Below, piece after piece: positions 1-8,561 of a stretch of DNA of 32,000 nucleotides. Each line of letters starts with the position of its first letter. Positions within the stretch are counted from its first letter, which is position 1. The notes beneath the pieces are model-generated. The model was not told the DNA's origin. It ran no database searches and saw only the letters and a program-made list of their open reading frames with translations. The stretch spans positions 340,700 to 372,699 of the forward strand of contig DIRZ01000003.1 of NCBI GenBank assembly GCA_002421785.1, in the 5' to 3' direction. The position numbers and the translations under genes were made by a program. This DNA comes from Candidatus Saccharimonadota bacterium. Lineage in GTDB: Bacteria; Patescibacteriota; Saccharimonadia; Saccharimonadales; Saccharimonadaceae.

Positions 1-241
1 ACCGTACATATACGATTCAACAGCAGTCACATAAGAAAAGCTAACGACAGAAAACCAATAAACAAAGGGAGAAACATCTTAAAGATATAGAGAAGAAGTA
101 AAACAGTCACAAATAATAATTAGTAATCGTTTACGAATAACTTTGTAAGCATTCTATTCTAATTGCCTTAACTTAGCTGGATTCAATCCACGACTGGGCT
201 GGTTAAGTGCGTCAAAAATTAGAGTAACAGGTGGTAAAAAT

Positions 242-394
242 ATGCAGTTAAAAGAAAAGCAAATAAAAGAGTTTCAAGTACTCTACAAGAAAAACTTCGG
301 CAAGAAGATAAGTAAACAAAAAGCAATCGTAGATGGAATGGCTTTGATACGCCTAGTCTACTTAACACAACCGAATTATGGAGCTAGGAAATGA
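242..394 (+). CDS. Small basic 50-aa protein of the element, function unknown (absent from the ORF track because <60 aa)
   Basis: ATG 242 is preceded by GGTGG (230-234). Translates MQLKEKQIKEFQVLYKKNFGKKISKQKAIVDGMALIRLVYLTQPNYGARK. Its TGA stop overlaps the ATG of the next gene (ATGA at 391-394), a typical translational-coupling arrangement. Confidence 0.4.
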   Translation: MQLKEKQIKEFQVLYKKNFGKKISKQKAIVDGMALIRLVYLTQPNYGARK

Positions 395-1431
395 CCTCTC
401 CAAATCGCAACCGATACAAAGAGCTTTGGGAAAAAGGTACACAGACAGGCCAGCTAAGGCTCTCTACTGAACGATTGAGCGATTTGTTGCTAGAGGAGTT
501 TCCGCCAGAAGTTTGGGCTATAGAAGGCTTAATACCAGCCGAGGGAGTAACAATCATCTCAGGCTCACCTGGAAGTTTCAAAACTTGGCTATATATGGAG
601 ATGGCAGTGAAAGTTGCTCAGGGTGAGAGTGTGTTTGGACATTTCCCTTCTAAACAGATGGGGGTAATGGTTATTGATGAAGAGAGTGGACGACAGAGAC
701 TACAAAAGCGGTTCAAACAAATGGGAGCTTCTGAAAATACAGAGATTCATTTTACTTCCAGAATTGGCTATAAGATGAACCATTTATATGTAGACGCAAT
801 CGCAAAAGAAGCTAAAGAAAAAGAAATTGGCTTAGTTATATTTGATTCCTTTACCCGCTTCAATAATGCTGATGAAAACGCTTCTGGTGATATGGCTACG
901 CTTATGGACTGCTATAGGCAGTTGGCGGATACAGGACTTGCAGTATTGATTCTGCACCACAACCGAAAAGGTGTCGCAGGGCAAAGCAATCCAGCAATGG
1001 AAATGCGTGGTTCTTCCGACATTTTAGCTGCCGCAGATTGTCACATTGCAGTAAACCGTGTTGGTCAAAGCGAGTTCGTAAGACTTACACAAACCAAGAA
1101 TAGAGATATTTGGGAGCCAGCCCCATTTGAACTGAGGTTTCACGAGAATGCTACAGAGTTTGAATATGTAGGCGAAGGAAAGTCGTCAGCAGACCGACAC
1201 AATGAACAGCTGAAAGAAATTGTAGAAGCAGTAGGGTTATATCCTGGATTATCTAAAAGGCAGCTTGTAGCACAAATTAAGACAGATGGGTTCAAAGGTG
1301 GTGATAAAAAGATTAGCGACTGCCTAGATGAGCTAGCTCGTACAGAGATGGTAAGAGTACTACCTGGTGGGCGTAATTCTTATAAATACTATTTACCCTC
1401 TGACGAGCCGAGTGCCGCAAAAAATGATTAG
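391..1431 (+). CDS. RepA/DnaB-like RecA-fold P-loop ATPase (AAA_25-type) with C-terminal winged-helix-like domain; likely replication/maintenance protein of the element
   Basis: Walker A-like GSPGSFKT, Walker B-like LVIFDSF and the family-typical LILHHNRK motif. The last ~90 aa look like a winged helix. Motif recognition only. Confidence 0.75.
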   Translation: MTSPNRNRYKELWEKGTQTGQLRLSTERLSDLLLEEFPPEVWAIEGLIPAEGVTIISGSPGSFKTWLYMEMAVKVAQGESVFGHFPSKQMGVMVIDEESGRQRLQKRFKQMGASENTEIHFTSRIGYKMNHLYVDAIAKEAKEKEIGLVIFDSFTRFNNADENASGDMATLMDCYRQLADTGLAVLILHHNRKGVAGQSNPAMEMRGSSDILAAADCHIAVNRVGQSEFVRLTQTKNRDIWEPAPFELRFHENATEFEYVGEGKSSADRHNEQLKEIVEAVGLYPGLSKRQLVAQIKTDGFKGGDKKISDCLDELARTEMVRVLPGGRNSYKYYLPSDEPSAAKND

Positions 1432-1554
1432 TTATAGGTGTATACATTTTTGCTTCACTCACTTAATCCCACAGTGTAGACCACCACCTCTATAAACATA
1501 AACTAATTGTTTAACATAATACTAATAAAGTTATATAATATAGATAGGAAAACT

Positions 1555-3237
1555 ATGAACTTAGAACAACTGAAATACGGACTTTACGCAAGAAAGTCTA
1601 ACGAAAGCGAAGACAAACAAATTGCGTCACTAGATGACCAACTAGAAACAATGACCGAAATTGCAGAAGCAAGAGAATATCGTATCGTCAAAAAAGCGAT
1701 ATATAAGGAATCTAAATCTGCAAAGATACCAGACCAGCGGATAAAGTTTGATGAGCTTATCGAACAAATAGAAAAAGGTAATATAAACGCTATTCTTACC
1801 TATAAATCTAATCGCTTAGCTCGTAATCCAAAAGAGAGTGGAGTTATCCAGCAGCTAATGTTTGATGGCAAACTTAAAGCTATTATTACCAAGGATAAAA
1901 ACTACCTTCCAGAAGATAACGCCCTTATATTTAGCATAGACGCAGCTCAAGATACTCAGTTTAGTCGTGATTTATCAATAATTGTAAAAGACCGAATGTC
2001 GCAAAGGGCTAAAAATGGCTATTATCCTGGCAGAGTTCCAATAGGCTACAAGAATGCGAAAGAAAGCGAGTTCAGTGATGTCAATGTAATCGTCATTGAT
2101 GACGCTAGATATGCACTAGTGCGAAGAATGTGGGACTACGCCCTTACGGGTCAATACTCTGTTAGTCAAATAGCAAGAATTGCTGATAAAGAGTGGGGGC
2201 TTAAAACTCCTAAACGTAAAAAATCTGGAAATAAACCACTGTCAGTATCTGGACTGTATTTAATGTTTAAGAATCCTTTCTATATGGGTGCTATTCGCTT
2301 CTCTGGAATCTACCACACAGAAGGTAAACATTCGCCTATGATTACACCAGAGGAGTTTCGACAAGTGCAAGGAATGATAGGTCGGGCAAACCAGCCTCGA
2401 CCAGAAGAAAAGATAGCCCTAGATGACCCATTCCCATATCGTGGTCTAGTTAAGTGTGGAGAATGTGGTTGCCTAATTACTTATTCCAAAATCGTCAAGA
2501 AACAGAAGAATGGTAACGTACATACATACGAGTACTGTTACTGTACTCGAAAAAAGAGAGAGTATGATTGTTCGCAAACAATGACGGTTAGTAGAATAAC
2601 CCCACAGGAATTAACGAAGGCTATCCGAGATGAAATTAGTAAGTATACGATTATTGACGACTTCTTCAAATGGACGTGCGAGTATCTAGATAATTTCCAC
2701 GAAGACGAAGCAGAGAAGCAAGAAAAAGTAATAGAAACTCAGATGAAAGCAATTAAAAATACAGAAGCTGAGTTGAACAATCTTCAAAGAGCTTTATATA
2801 AAGGCATGATTGAAGAAACATTCTACAAATCTGAGAAGCATGAGCTAGAAGACAGACTTATTACACTGAGGGGTCAATTTGACGACCAAGAGAACTCAAA
2901 CAAGCGTCAACGCCAACTTCTTGAAAAGTACTTTAATTTCGCAAGATATGCAAAAGAAGACTTCGAAAGTGATAATGACTTAAAAAAGAAAGAAGTCTTG
3001 AGCATAATAGGTCAAAACTTATTGTTGAAAGATGGCGTACTACTGTTTGAACCTATTGAATACCTAACTCCACTAGTTGAAAAGTATCCGATTCTTAAAA
3101 AGCAGTTCTTGGAGGTCCAAACCTATCCAGAACAGATGAAAAAAGACGCAATAGCGTCTCTAATTCAAGTATGGTACACCCGGCAGGATTCGAACCTGCG
3201 ACCACTTGGTTCGAAGCCAAGCATTCTAATCCGCTGA
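1555..3237 (+). CDS. Large serine recombinase (integrase) of the element
   Basis: N-terminal resolvase-type catalytic domain (YARKSNESEDKQ with the Ser nucleophile), recombinase domain, zinc ribbon (CGECGC...CYC) and a long coiled-coil C-terminal region. ATG 1555 is preferred over the TTG at 1507 because TATAAT (1534-1539) and an AGGA lie just upstream. The ORF runs 66 nt into the antisense of tRNA-Arg. Confidence 0.9.
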   Translation: MNLEQLKYGLYARKSNESEDKQIASLDDQLETMTEIAEAREYRIVKKAIYKESKSAKIPDQRIKFDELIEQIEKGNINAILTYKSNRLARNPKESGVIQQLMFDGKLKAIITKDKNYLPEDNALIFSIDAAQDTQFSRDLSIIVKDRMSQRAKNGYYPGRVPIGYKNAKESEFSDVNVIVIDDARYALVRRMWDYALTGQYSVSQIARIADKEWGLKTPKRKKSGNKPLSVSGLYLMFKNPFYMGAIRFSGIYHTEGKHSPMITPEEFRQVQGMIGRANQPRPEEKIALDDPFPYRGLVKCGECGCLITYSKIVKKQKNGNVHTYEYCYCTRKKREYDCSQTMTVSRITPQELTKAIRDEISKYTIIDDFFKWTCEYLDNFHEDEAEKQEKVIETQMKAIKNTEAELNNLQRALYKGMIEETFYKSEKHELEDRLITLRGQFDDQENSNKRQRQLLEKYFNFARYAKEDFESDNDLKKKEVLSIIGQNLLLKDGVLLFEPIEYLTPLVEKYPILKKQFLEVQTYPEQMKKDAIASLIQVWYTRQDSNLRPLGSKPSILIR

Positions 3238-3248
3238 ACTACGGGTGC
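3172..3248 (-). tRNA. tRNA-Arg (anticodon TCG), CCA encoded
   Basis: The reverse complement gives a 77-nt cloverleaf. Acceptor GCACCCG/CGGGTGT (G1-U72 wobble); anticodon stem CTTGG/CCAAG with loop CTTCGAA; T-arm GCAGG-TTCGAAT-CCTGC; discriminator A plus CCA. Confidence 0.9.
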
Positions 3249-3298
3249 GTACTGAAAATAGTATACCATATTTACTGCGGTGGGCGGCCAGATAGTTG

Positions 3299-3304
3299 TA
3301 TAAT
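3299..3304 (+). promoter_or_regulatory. -10 box TATAAT 8 nt upstream of the murB ATG (leaderless-type geometry)
   Basis: TATAAT at 3299-3304, ATG at 3313, and no Shine-Dalgarno sequence in between. Confidence 0.5.
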
Positions 3305-3312
3305 CAAGTTAT

Positions 3313-4332
3313 ATGGACATCCACACAGACATCCCGTTGAAAAATTTTACTAGTATGCGCCTGGGCGGAAATGCCCGCTTTATGGTTGACGTTCATACCC
3401 CCAACGACGTCGCAGCTATCTGTAAGCGTGCAACAGAACAGAGCCTTCCTATCTTCGTTCTTGGTGGGGGGAGTAACACCCTGGTGCATGACGAGGGGTT
3501 CGCAGGAATCGTGGTTCATAACCGCATACCCGGATTTCACGTGATTAGCGAAACGCCAAGCGACGCGACGTTGAAAATTGGCGCAGGTGAATCATGGGAT
3601 GAGGTTGTACGACGAAGCGTAGAAATGAACCTGACTGGCATCGAAGCGCTATCTGCAATTCCCGGCAGCGCAGGGGCCGCACCGGTGCAAAACATTGGAG
3701 CCTACGGGCAAGAGATTGCAGAGACGCTTGTAGAAGTCGAGGCCTACGACATTCAAGAAAACCGAATTGTCGTCCTTACTAATGAAGCATGCCAGTTCTC
3801 CTACCGCTACAGCATATTCCGCGGTGAGCAAACGGGGCGCTACGTCATCCTTTCGATTACTCTTAAACTGTACCGGGCTGCGCCTCAGCCGCCATTCTAT
3901 AAGGCCGTGCAGGAATATCTCGACCTGCAAAACATTACGCTCTACACGCCGCAGGTTATTCGCGATGCCGTAATTGCGATACGTTCTGAAAAACTACCAG
4001 ACCCCAAAATCCAGCCAAACACAGGCTCGTTCTTTAAAAATGCCATCATAGAAGACTGGCAACTTAATGACCTCCGAAACGAATATCCAGATATCCCTAC
4101 TTACGATATGCCCGATGGCCGATTTAAAGTACCGACCGGATGGCTGATCGAGCAAGCGGGCCTAAAGGGTCAAGTCCTACATGGCATGAAAGTGCATGAC
4201 AAAAACGCACTTGTCCTCATCAATGAATCCGCAACGAGCTACGCTGACCTCGCCGCGGCACGCGATGAAATCATCGGTGCCGTCCGCGATAAATTCCGAA
4301 TTCAAATCGAGCAAGAGCCACTTGAAATGTAA
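3313..4332 (+). CDS. murB: UDP-N-acetylenolpyruvoylglucosamine reductase MurB
   Basis: Full-length MurB-like sequence. N-terminal FAD-binding region (MRLGGNA, GGGSN) and C-terminal MurB domain motifs (GSFFKNA, GWLIEQAGLKG). Confidence 0.9.
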   Translation: MDIHTDIPLKNFTSMRLGGNARFMVDVHTPNDVAAICKRATEQSLPIFVLGGGSNTLVHDEGFAGIVVHNRIPGFHVISETPSDATLKIGAGESWDEVVRRSVEMNLTGIEALSAIPGSAGAAPVQNIGAYGQEIAETLVEVEAYDIQENRIVVLTNEACQFSYRYSIFRGEQTGRYVILSITLKLYRAAPQPPFYKAVQEYLDLQNITLYTPQVIRDAVIAIRSEKLPDPKIQPNTGSFFKNAIIEDWQLNDLRNEYPDIPTYDMPDGRFKVPTGWLIEQAGLKGQVLHGMKVHDKNALVLINESATSYADLAAARDEIIGAVRDKFRIQIEQEPLEM

Positions 4333-4377
4333 CGCGCGGGGCTTGCGCTTCGTTGCTAAACCCCTTATGCTAGAACT

Positions 4378-4980
4378 ATGCTGAAACGAGCGGGGTTCAC
4401 GTTAGTTGAAATAGTTATCGTGATGGTTATCATGGCTGTTTTATTGACCCTTACTGTCGTTAGTCTTGCGGGAAGCCAAGTGAATGCTCGGGATGAAGAA
4501 CGAAAAGCCGACATGGAGGTGCTCGCCAGGGCACTCGAAACGCGCTACAAAACTGGAAACATCTATGTATCTTCACCCGTCCTCGGGGCGGGGTCCTACC
4601 CAGCCACCACCGAAATGCTTCACATTATGGGCACAGCCAGCGGAGGTGTCCTCACGCCTGATGTTATTGCAGGTGGATATGTCGCTGACGGATTACCTGG
4701 CGCGTCTAACGAAACGCTCACCTCACCCACTGCGACAAGCATGGATATGAAACTCATCAACGGCGCATGTATTGCAAGCGGTGCCGGGGAAAACATGGCG
4801 ACAATCACCGGTGCAGGTGCTGGCTGCATTGGAACAACTGGCAAATACAGCATTTACTATGAATCGCTCAACGCAAGTGGAAATATCTGCAATGGCACCG
4901 ACACCTGTGTAAGGTTCAATCTGTATTGTCGAATGGAAAAAGACGATTCACTTCTCATAATTAGGAGTAAGCATCAATGA
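4378..4980 (+). CDS. Type IV pilin/pseudopilin-like protein (200 aa)
   Basis: N-terminal prepilin cleavage/methylation motif KRAG|FTLVE followed by a hydrophobic helix. First of five consecutive pilin-like genes. Confidence 0.8.
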   Translation: MLKRAGFTLVEIVIVMVIMAVLLTLTVVSLAGSQVNARDEERKADMEVLARALETRYKTGNIYVSSPVLGAGSYPATTEMLHIMGTASGGVLTPDVIAGGYVADGLPGASNETLTSPTATSMDMKLINGACIASGAGENMATITGAGAGCIGTTGKYSIYYESLNASGNICNGTDTCVRFNLYCRMEKDDSLLIIRSKHQ

Positions 4981-5384
4981 TTTCGCTGCGCCATAATGCA
5001 GGCTTTACCGCAGTAGAGCTACTTGTATCCATTATGGTGGGTGTGTTGCTTCTTTCGGCGTCGTATCAACTATACAGCGTCGCGCTGTCAAGCTCGGGCG
5101 ATGCGCAGCGCCGAACCCAAGCGTCAATGGCTGCCTACGATTTGTTGCGAAGTCGACAGCCGAGCATTGGCACGCCATGCGCGGCGTCCACGACAACCCC
5201 CGCTGTTCCTTCTAGCGCTAACCTACCCGGTGCGACCGCGACCGTCGTAGCAACCTGTCCGTACAACGAATATAGTGGCGCAACACTAATTCGTGCATCG
5301 AGCGTCACCCTCTTAACCGCAACCGTTTCCTATGATAGCCCTAATACAAAGCAGGTTTCCCGTGCAATTGCCATCCTACCATAA
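4977..5384 (+). CDS. Minor pilin-like protein (135 aa)
   Basis: Prepilin motif HNAG|FTAVE plus a hydrophobic helix. Its start overlaps the stop of the previous pilin gene by 4 nt. Confidence 0.75.
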   Translation: MISLRHNAGFTAVELLVSIMVGVLLLSASYQLYSVALSSSGDAQRRTQASMAAYDLLRSRQPSIGTPCAASTTTPAVPSSANLPGATATVVATCPYNEYSGATLIRASSVTLLTATVSYDSPNTKQVSRAIAILP

Positions 5385-7446
5385 CAAACCAACAAAACAA
5401 CACGGTTTCACCCTCGTTGAAATGCTCGTGATTGTACCTGTAGCGCTCCTTGCAATCGCCGCGCTCATTTCACTGATGGTTGCTCTGGTTGGAGATGTCA
5501 TGATGGCGCGCAGCCGCGCCGCTTCCGTGTATGAACTGCAGGAAACCCTCGACCGGATAGAGCAGGACAGCCGCATCAGTTCAGCATTTTTACCAACCTA
5601 TTCTCAGCTTACGTCTCCTCAAGGACGCGACGGCGGCACTGCGTCCTTTAGCGCATCTGGCCCTAACTATGACCTTATCTTGAACATGCCCGCAACCACG
5701 GCAAATCCGTATAGCGGTAGCCGCGACCTTGTGTATTATGCCGATCAGCCCAACCCATGCTCTGGCACCTATCAGGGTAACCGTCCGCTAACCGTTCGTG
5801 TCGTTTACTTTACGACCGATAACGGCGACGGCACCAAAACACTCTGGCGACGTACAATCGTGCCCACATGGACAACAACAGGTGGATCGGCAAGCTCTGT
5901 TTGCGCAGCCCCATGGCAACGCGATAGTTGCCCGCTCGGCTCAGCAATTTCCGCCACCTGCCAGACATTCGATGAAAAATTACTAACGAGCGTCACTGCT
6001 TTCACGCCCACCTATTACGATGCAAACGGCGCTTCGACAACAGATGTCCGAAATGCGGTTTCGATGTCACTCCTTTTAAGTCAGAATCAGCAGGTTGCTG
6101 GTGAATCGATCAGCAGTAGCAGTACGGCGCGCATCAGCCACGTCAATGGCACGACCGAGCAAGTCCCATCAACGGCTCCCACTGTCACGATTGACAATCC
6201 TGATATTAATACAATGAATAATCCCGTATTAACGTCCCTTACCTGGAATAGTGTGCCGAACGCCGCCTATTATTCACTACGCTACCGAATTGACGGCGGT
6301 GCATGGGTATATCCCGCCGACCAAACAAATACTACGTTTCAAATAACCACAGCGCGGCCACTCGATATCATTAATTTTGAAGTTACTCCAAAAAACGACA
6401 TGGGTGCAGGCAGCATTGGTACCCTCACCTATACGAAGCCCCTTTGGACTGTTGCCAACCTAATTAATGGCTGGGCGTGCTACAGCCCTAGTGGTTGGCC
6501 ATGCCCGTCCTATACGCTCAGCTCAGCTGGCGTGGTTCTGCTTCAGGGAATGGCAAAGGATGGCGCCACGAACACGTCGATGTTCACCCTTCCATCGTCA
6601 CTTGCGCCAAACAAACAAATCATATTTGCTGGCTTAGCACATGGCGCCTCCTCCCGCCTCGATGTTCGCACTTCTGGTGACGTGGCATGGCAAAGCAGTG
6701 GATCTAGTAGCGCCTGGGTGTCGCTCGATAGCGTTCGTTTCCTAGCGCAAGGCGCCGCATCGCCATCGTGGCAAACAACGACAGTTGTCCCCGCCTGGAC
6801 TTCTTATGGCGGCCTATGGGGCAACCCTCAGCACGTCAAAGATTCCATCGGCCGCACTCACGTATATGGCCTCATTTCTGGTGGGAATCCCGCAACTATC
6901 AACGCTATGCTTACGTTACCAACTGGCTACCAACCCTCCACTTCAGGAATCTGGCCTAATGTCACCAATCCTAACGCGGGCGCTAACTATCAAATCGACA
7001 ATACTGGTAACATTATTTCGCGCAATCAGGGATCAAGTGGTTGGATGTCAATCGCATCGATGTTCTACCCCGCTAGCACGTCGGTGACCTTCACCGCAAT
7101 GCCACTCGCGAATGGCTGGGTGAACTACGGGGATAAATATACTACCGCCGGCTACACTAAAGCTGCCGACGGCATCGTGATGCTTCGCGGTCTCATACGC
7201 GCTGGCTCTACTACCAATAGCGTCCCAATCGCCACACTCCCCGCCGGATACTGTCCGGGGTGGCGAAACCTTACAATCACCCAAGGCGCAGGTGCCGCCG
7301 GGACAAATGCGTCACAAACAGCAGGGCGTGTTGATGTGGTCTGGAATGGTAGCAATGGTTGTAACTTAGAGTATGTAAACACTTCACCGACCGCAAGCAA
7401 CCTATGGTTTTCACTTGACGGAATTAGTTATATGCAAGAACGCTAA
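5332..7446 (+). CDS. Large pilin-like protein (about 700 aa): prepilin N-terminus, minor-pilin-like body, Fn3-like module and three tandem C-terminal repeats; candidate pilus tip adhesin
   Basis: Prepilin motif KQHG|FTLVEM. The start is uncertain: in-frame GTG 5362 or TTG 5368 would shorten the overlap with the upstream gene. The Fn3-like segment is about aa 283-370. Three ~105-aa repeats (about aa 371-476, 479-583, 584-702) share the pattern NGW/PAW-x2-Y ... G-x-V-x-L-x-G ... TLP-x-G-Y-x-P ... W-x-S-L/I. Confidence 0.8.
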   Translation: MIALIQSRFPVQLPSYHNKPTKQHGFTLVEMLVIVPVALLAIAALISLMVALVGDVMMARSRAASVYELQETLDRIEQDSRISSAFLPTYSQLTSPQGRDGGTASFSASGPNYDLILNMPATTANPYSGSRDLVYYADQPNPCSGTYQGNRPLTVRVVYFTTDNGDGTKTLWRRTIVPTWTTTGGSASSVCAAPWQRDSCPLGSAISATCQTFDEKLLTSVTAFTPTYYDANGASTTDVRNAVSMSLLLSQNQQVAGESISSSSTARISHVNGTTEQVPSTAPTVTIDNPDINTMNNPVLTSLTWNSVPNAAYYSLRYRIDGGAWVYPADQTNTTFQITTARPLDIINFEVTPKNDMGAGSIGTLTYTKPLWTVANLINGWACYSPSGWPCPSYTLSSAGVVLLQGMAKDGATNTSMFTLPSSLAPNKQIIFAGLAHGASSRLDVRTSGDVAWQSSGSSSAWVSLDSVRFLAQGAASPSWQTTTVVPAWTSYGGLWGNPQHVKDSIGRTHVYGLISGGNPATINAMLTLPTGYQPSTSGIWPNVTNPNAGANYQIDNTGNIISRNQGSSGWMSIASMFYPASTSVTFTAMPLANGWVNYGDKYTTAGYTKAADGIVMLRGLIRAGSTTNSVPIATLPAGYCPGWRNLTITQGAGAAGTNASQTAGRVDVVWNGSNGCNLEYVNTSPTASNLWFSLDGISYMQER

Positions 7447-7520
7447 ACCTATTGCATATCCATAAGCGCTTTGCTATCATACTGGTATATACAATAAATT
7501 AATTAGGGGGCAATCCTAAA

Positions 7521-8003
7521 ATGACCAAACAAACTAAAAACCGCGGATTTACGATCGTTGAGCTCCTCATCGTTATCGTTGTTATCGCCATCTTGGCTGC
7601 GATCACAATCGTTGCGTATAATGGTATACAGACTCGTGCAAATGTTTCTGCTACCCAAGGAAATGTCACCATTCTACAGAAAAAGATGGAAGCATATAAT
7701 GCAGCTAATACTACAGGCGCCTCTTATCCATCCGGTACAGCTGCCGCCGTCACAACTGCACTCAACGGCGTCACTGAATCAAACCTGGGAGGATCCATCG
7801 TTCTCGCTGCTCGCGCTGGTGTTACAGCTGCAACCGGAAAGAACACATTCACAATGGATGTCTGTACCGCCCCTGCGGCTGCCACGGGTTACCGTATTTA
7901 CTACTGGGACTACAGCACAAATAGCCTACCGGCAGCTGGATCACCTCAAATTACCGGTGGAACCAACGGTACCGCTTGTACTACCTGGACAGCACTTACG
8001 TAA
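7521..8003 (+). CDS. Type IV pilin, probable major subunit (160 aa)
   Basis: Prepilin motif KNRG|FTIVELLIVIVVIAILAAI. It has its own Shine-Dalgarno AGGGGG (7505-7510) and a strong terminator immediately downstream. Confidence 0.85.
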   Translation: MTKQTKNRGFTIVELLIVIVVIAILAAITIVAYNGIQTRANVSATQGNVTILQKKMEAYNAANTTGASYPSGTAAAVTTALNGVTESNLGGSIVLAARAGVTAATGKNTFTMDVCTAPAAATGYRIYYWDYSTNSLPAAGSPQITGGTNGTACTTWTALT

Positions 8004-8020
8004 AAGTCTGCGCCTATGGA

Positions 8021-8046
8021 AGCCCCGCACACGCGGGGCTTTTTTA
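8021..8046 (+). terminator. Rho-independent terminator after the major pilin gene
   Basis: Perfect 8-bp GC-rich stem AGCCCCGC (8021-8028) / GCGGGGCT (8033-8040), 4-nt loop, then a T-run. Confidence 0.8.
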
Positions 8047-8087
8047 TTGCTACATAGAGTTCCGTTTTTTGCTTATGCTATAATTCA

Positions 8088-8561
8088 ATGAGTAACATGA
8101 ATAAAATAAAAGCTTTGACACACGCAAAAAGGGCTTTCACGGTCATTGAACTTTTAGTTGTAATGGTTATTATCGCCATCTTGTTTGTTGCAACAAATGT
8201 AGCATATCGTTCGGTCCAGGCCCGATCGCGTAGCTCAACCGCCAGCTCCACAGCAGCAATGGTCACCAAAAAAGCAGAAGCATGGTACTCTGCGCTTGGT
8301 ACATATCCCAGCTACATTCAACTTTCAACCGGCAAAATAAATGTGGCCGATTCGACCCTCACTGGCCCTGCAGAATCACGAATTACCGATGCTGCAAGTA
8401 TACTGCTAAACGCAGCAACCGCCGAACCGACGAATGAAAAACAAGTCGCCTACAAACCCTGCACTGCTGGCGGCGCTCAGGTAGAGTGGTATGACGCGAT
8501 GACAAATACTGTCAAGTTTACTGGCGTAGGCGGGGGAAGCTCCACAGCTGCGTGTGCCTAG
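8088..8561 (+). CDS. Type IV pilin-like protein (157 aa) with Ala at the -1 position of the prepilin site
   Basis: Motif AKRA|FTVIELLVVMVIIAIL. TGcTATAAT (8076-8084) lies directly upstream, so the true start may be ATG 8097 rather than 8088. Confidence 0.8.
   Translation: MSNMNKIKALTHAKRAFTVIELLVVMVIIAILFVATNVAYRSVQARSRSSTASSTAAMVTKKAEAWYSALGTYPSYIQLSTGKINVADSTLTGPAESRITDAASILLNAATAEPTNEKQVAYKPCTAGGAQVEWYDAMTNTVKFTGVGGGSSTAACA

Larger units (their letters stand above)
1..3171. mobile_element. Right-hand part of an integrative element (island or integrated plasmid-like) inserted at the 3' end of tRNA-Arg(TCG); left boundary lies outside the window
   Basis: Visibly AT-richer than the core genes to its right. 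Encodes a small ORF, a RepA/AAA_25-like ATPase and a large serine recombinase. Ends exactly at the CCA end (3172) of the minus-strand tRNA-Arg. Confidence 0.7.

Noticed and set aside
3171-3353. 60-aa ORF on the plus strand starting inside tRNA-Arg
   Set aside because: It is an antisense read-through of the tRNA gene and the murB promoter region. It has no start context and is explained by the tRNA and the recombinase tail.
6442-7431. Idea that the three repeats in the large pilin are diversity-generating-retroelement variable/template repeats
   Set aside because: There is no reverse transcriptase gene in the window. The repeats are divergent at the protein level, so they are not near-identical nucleotide copies with adenine-specific differences.
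7558-8091. 177-aa plus-strand ORF overlapping the major pilin gene in another frame
   Set aside because: The pilin frame (7521-8003) carries the canonical prepilin motif, a Shine-Dalgarno and a terminator. The alternative frame runs through that terminator and has a low-complexity Ser/Leu/Pro composition.
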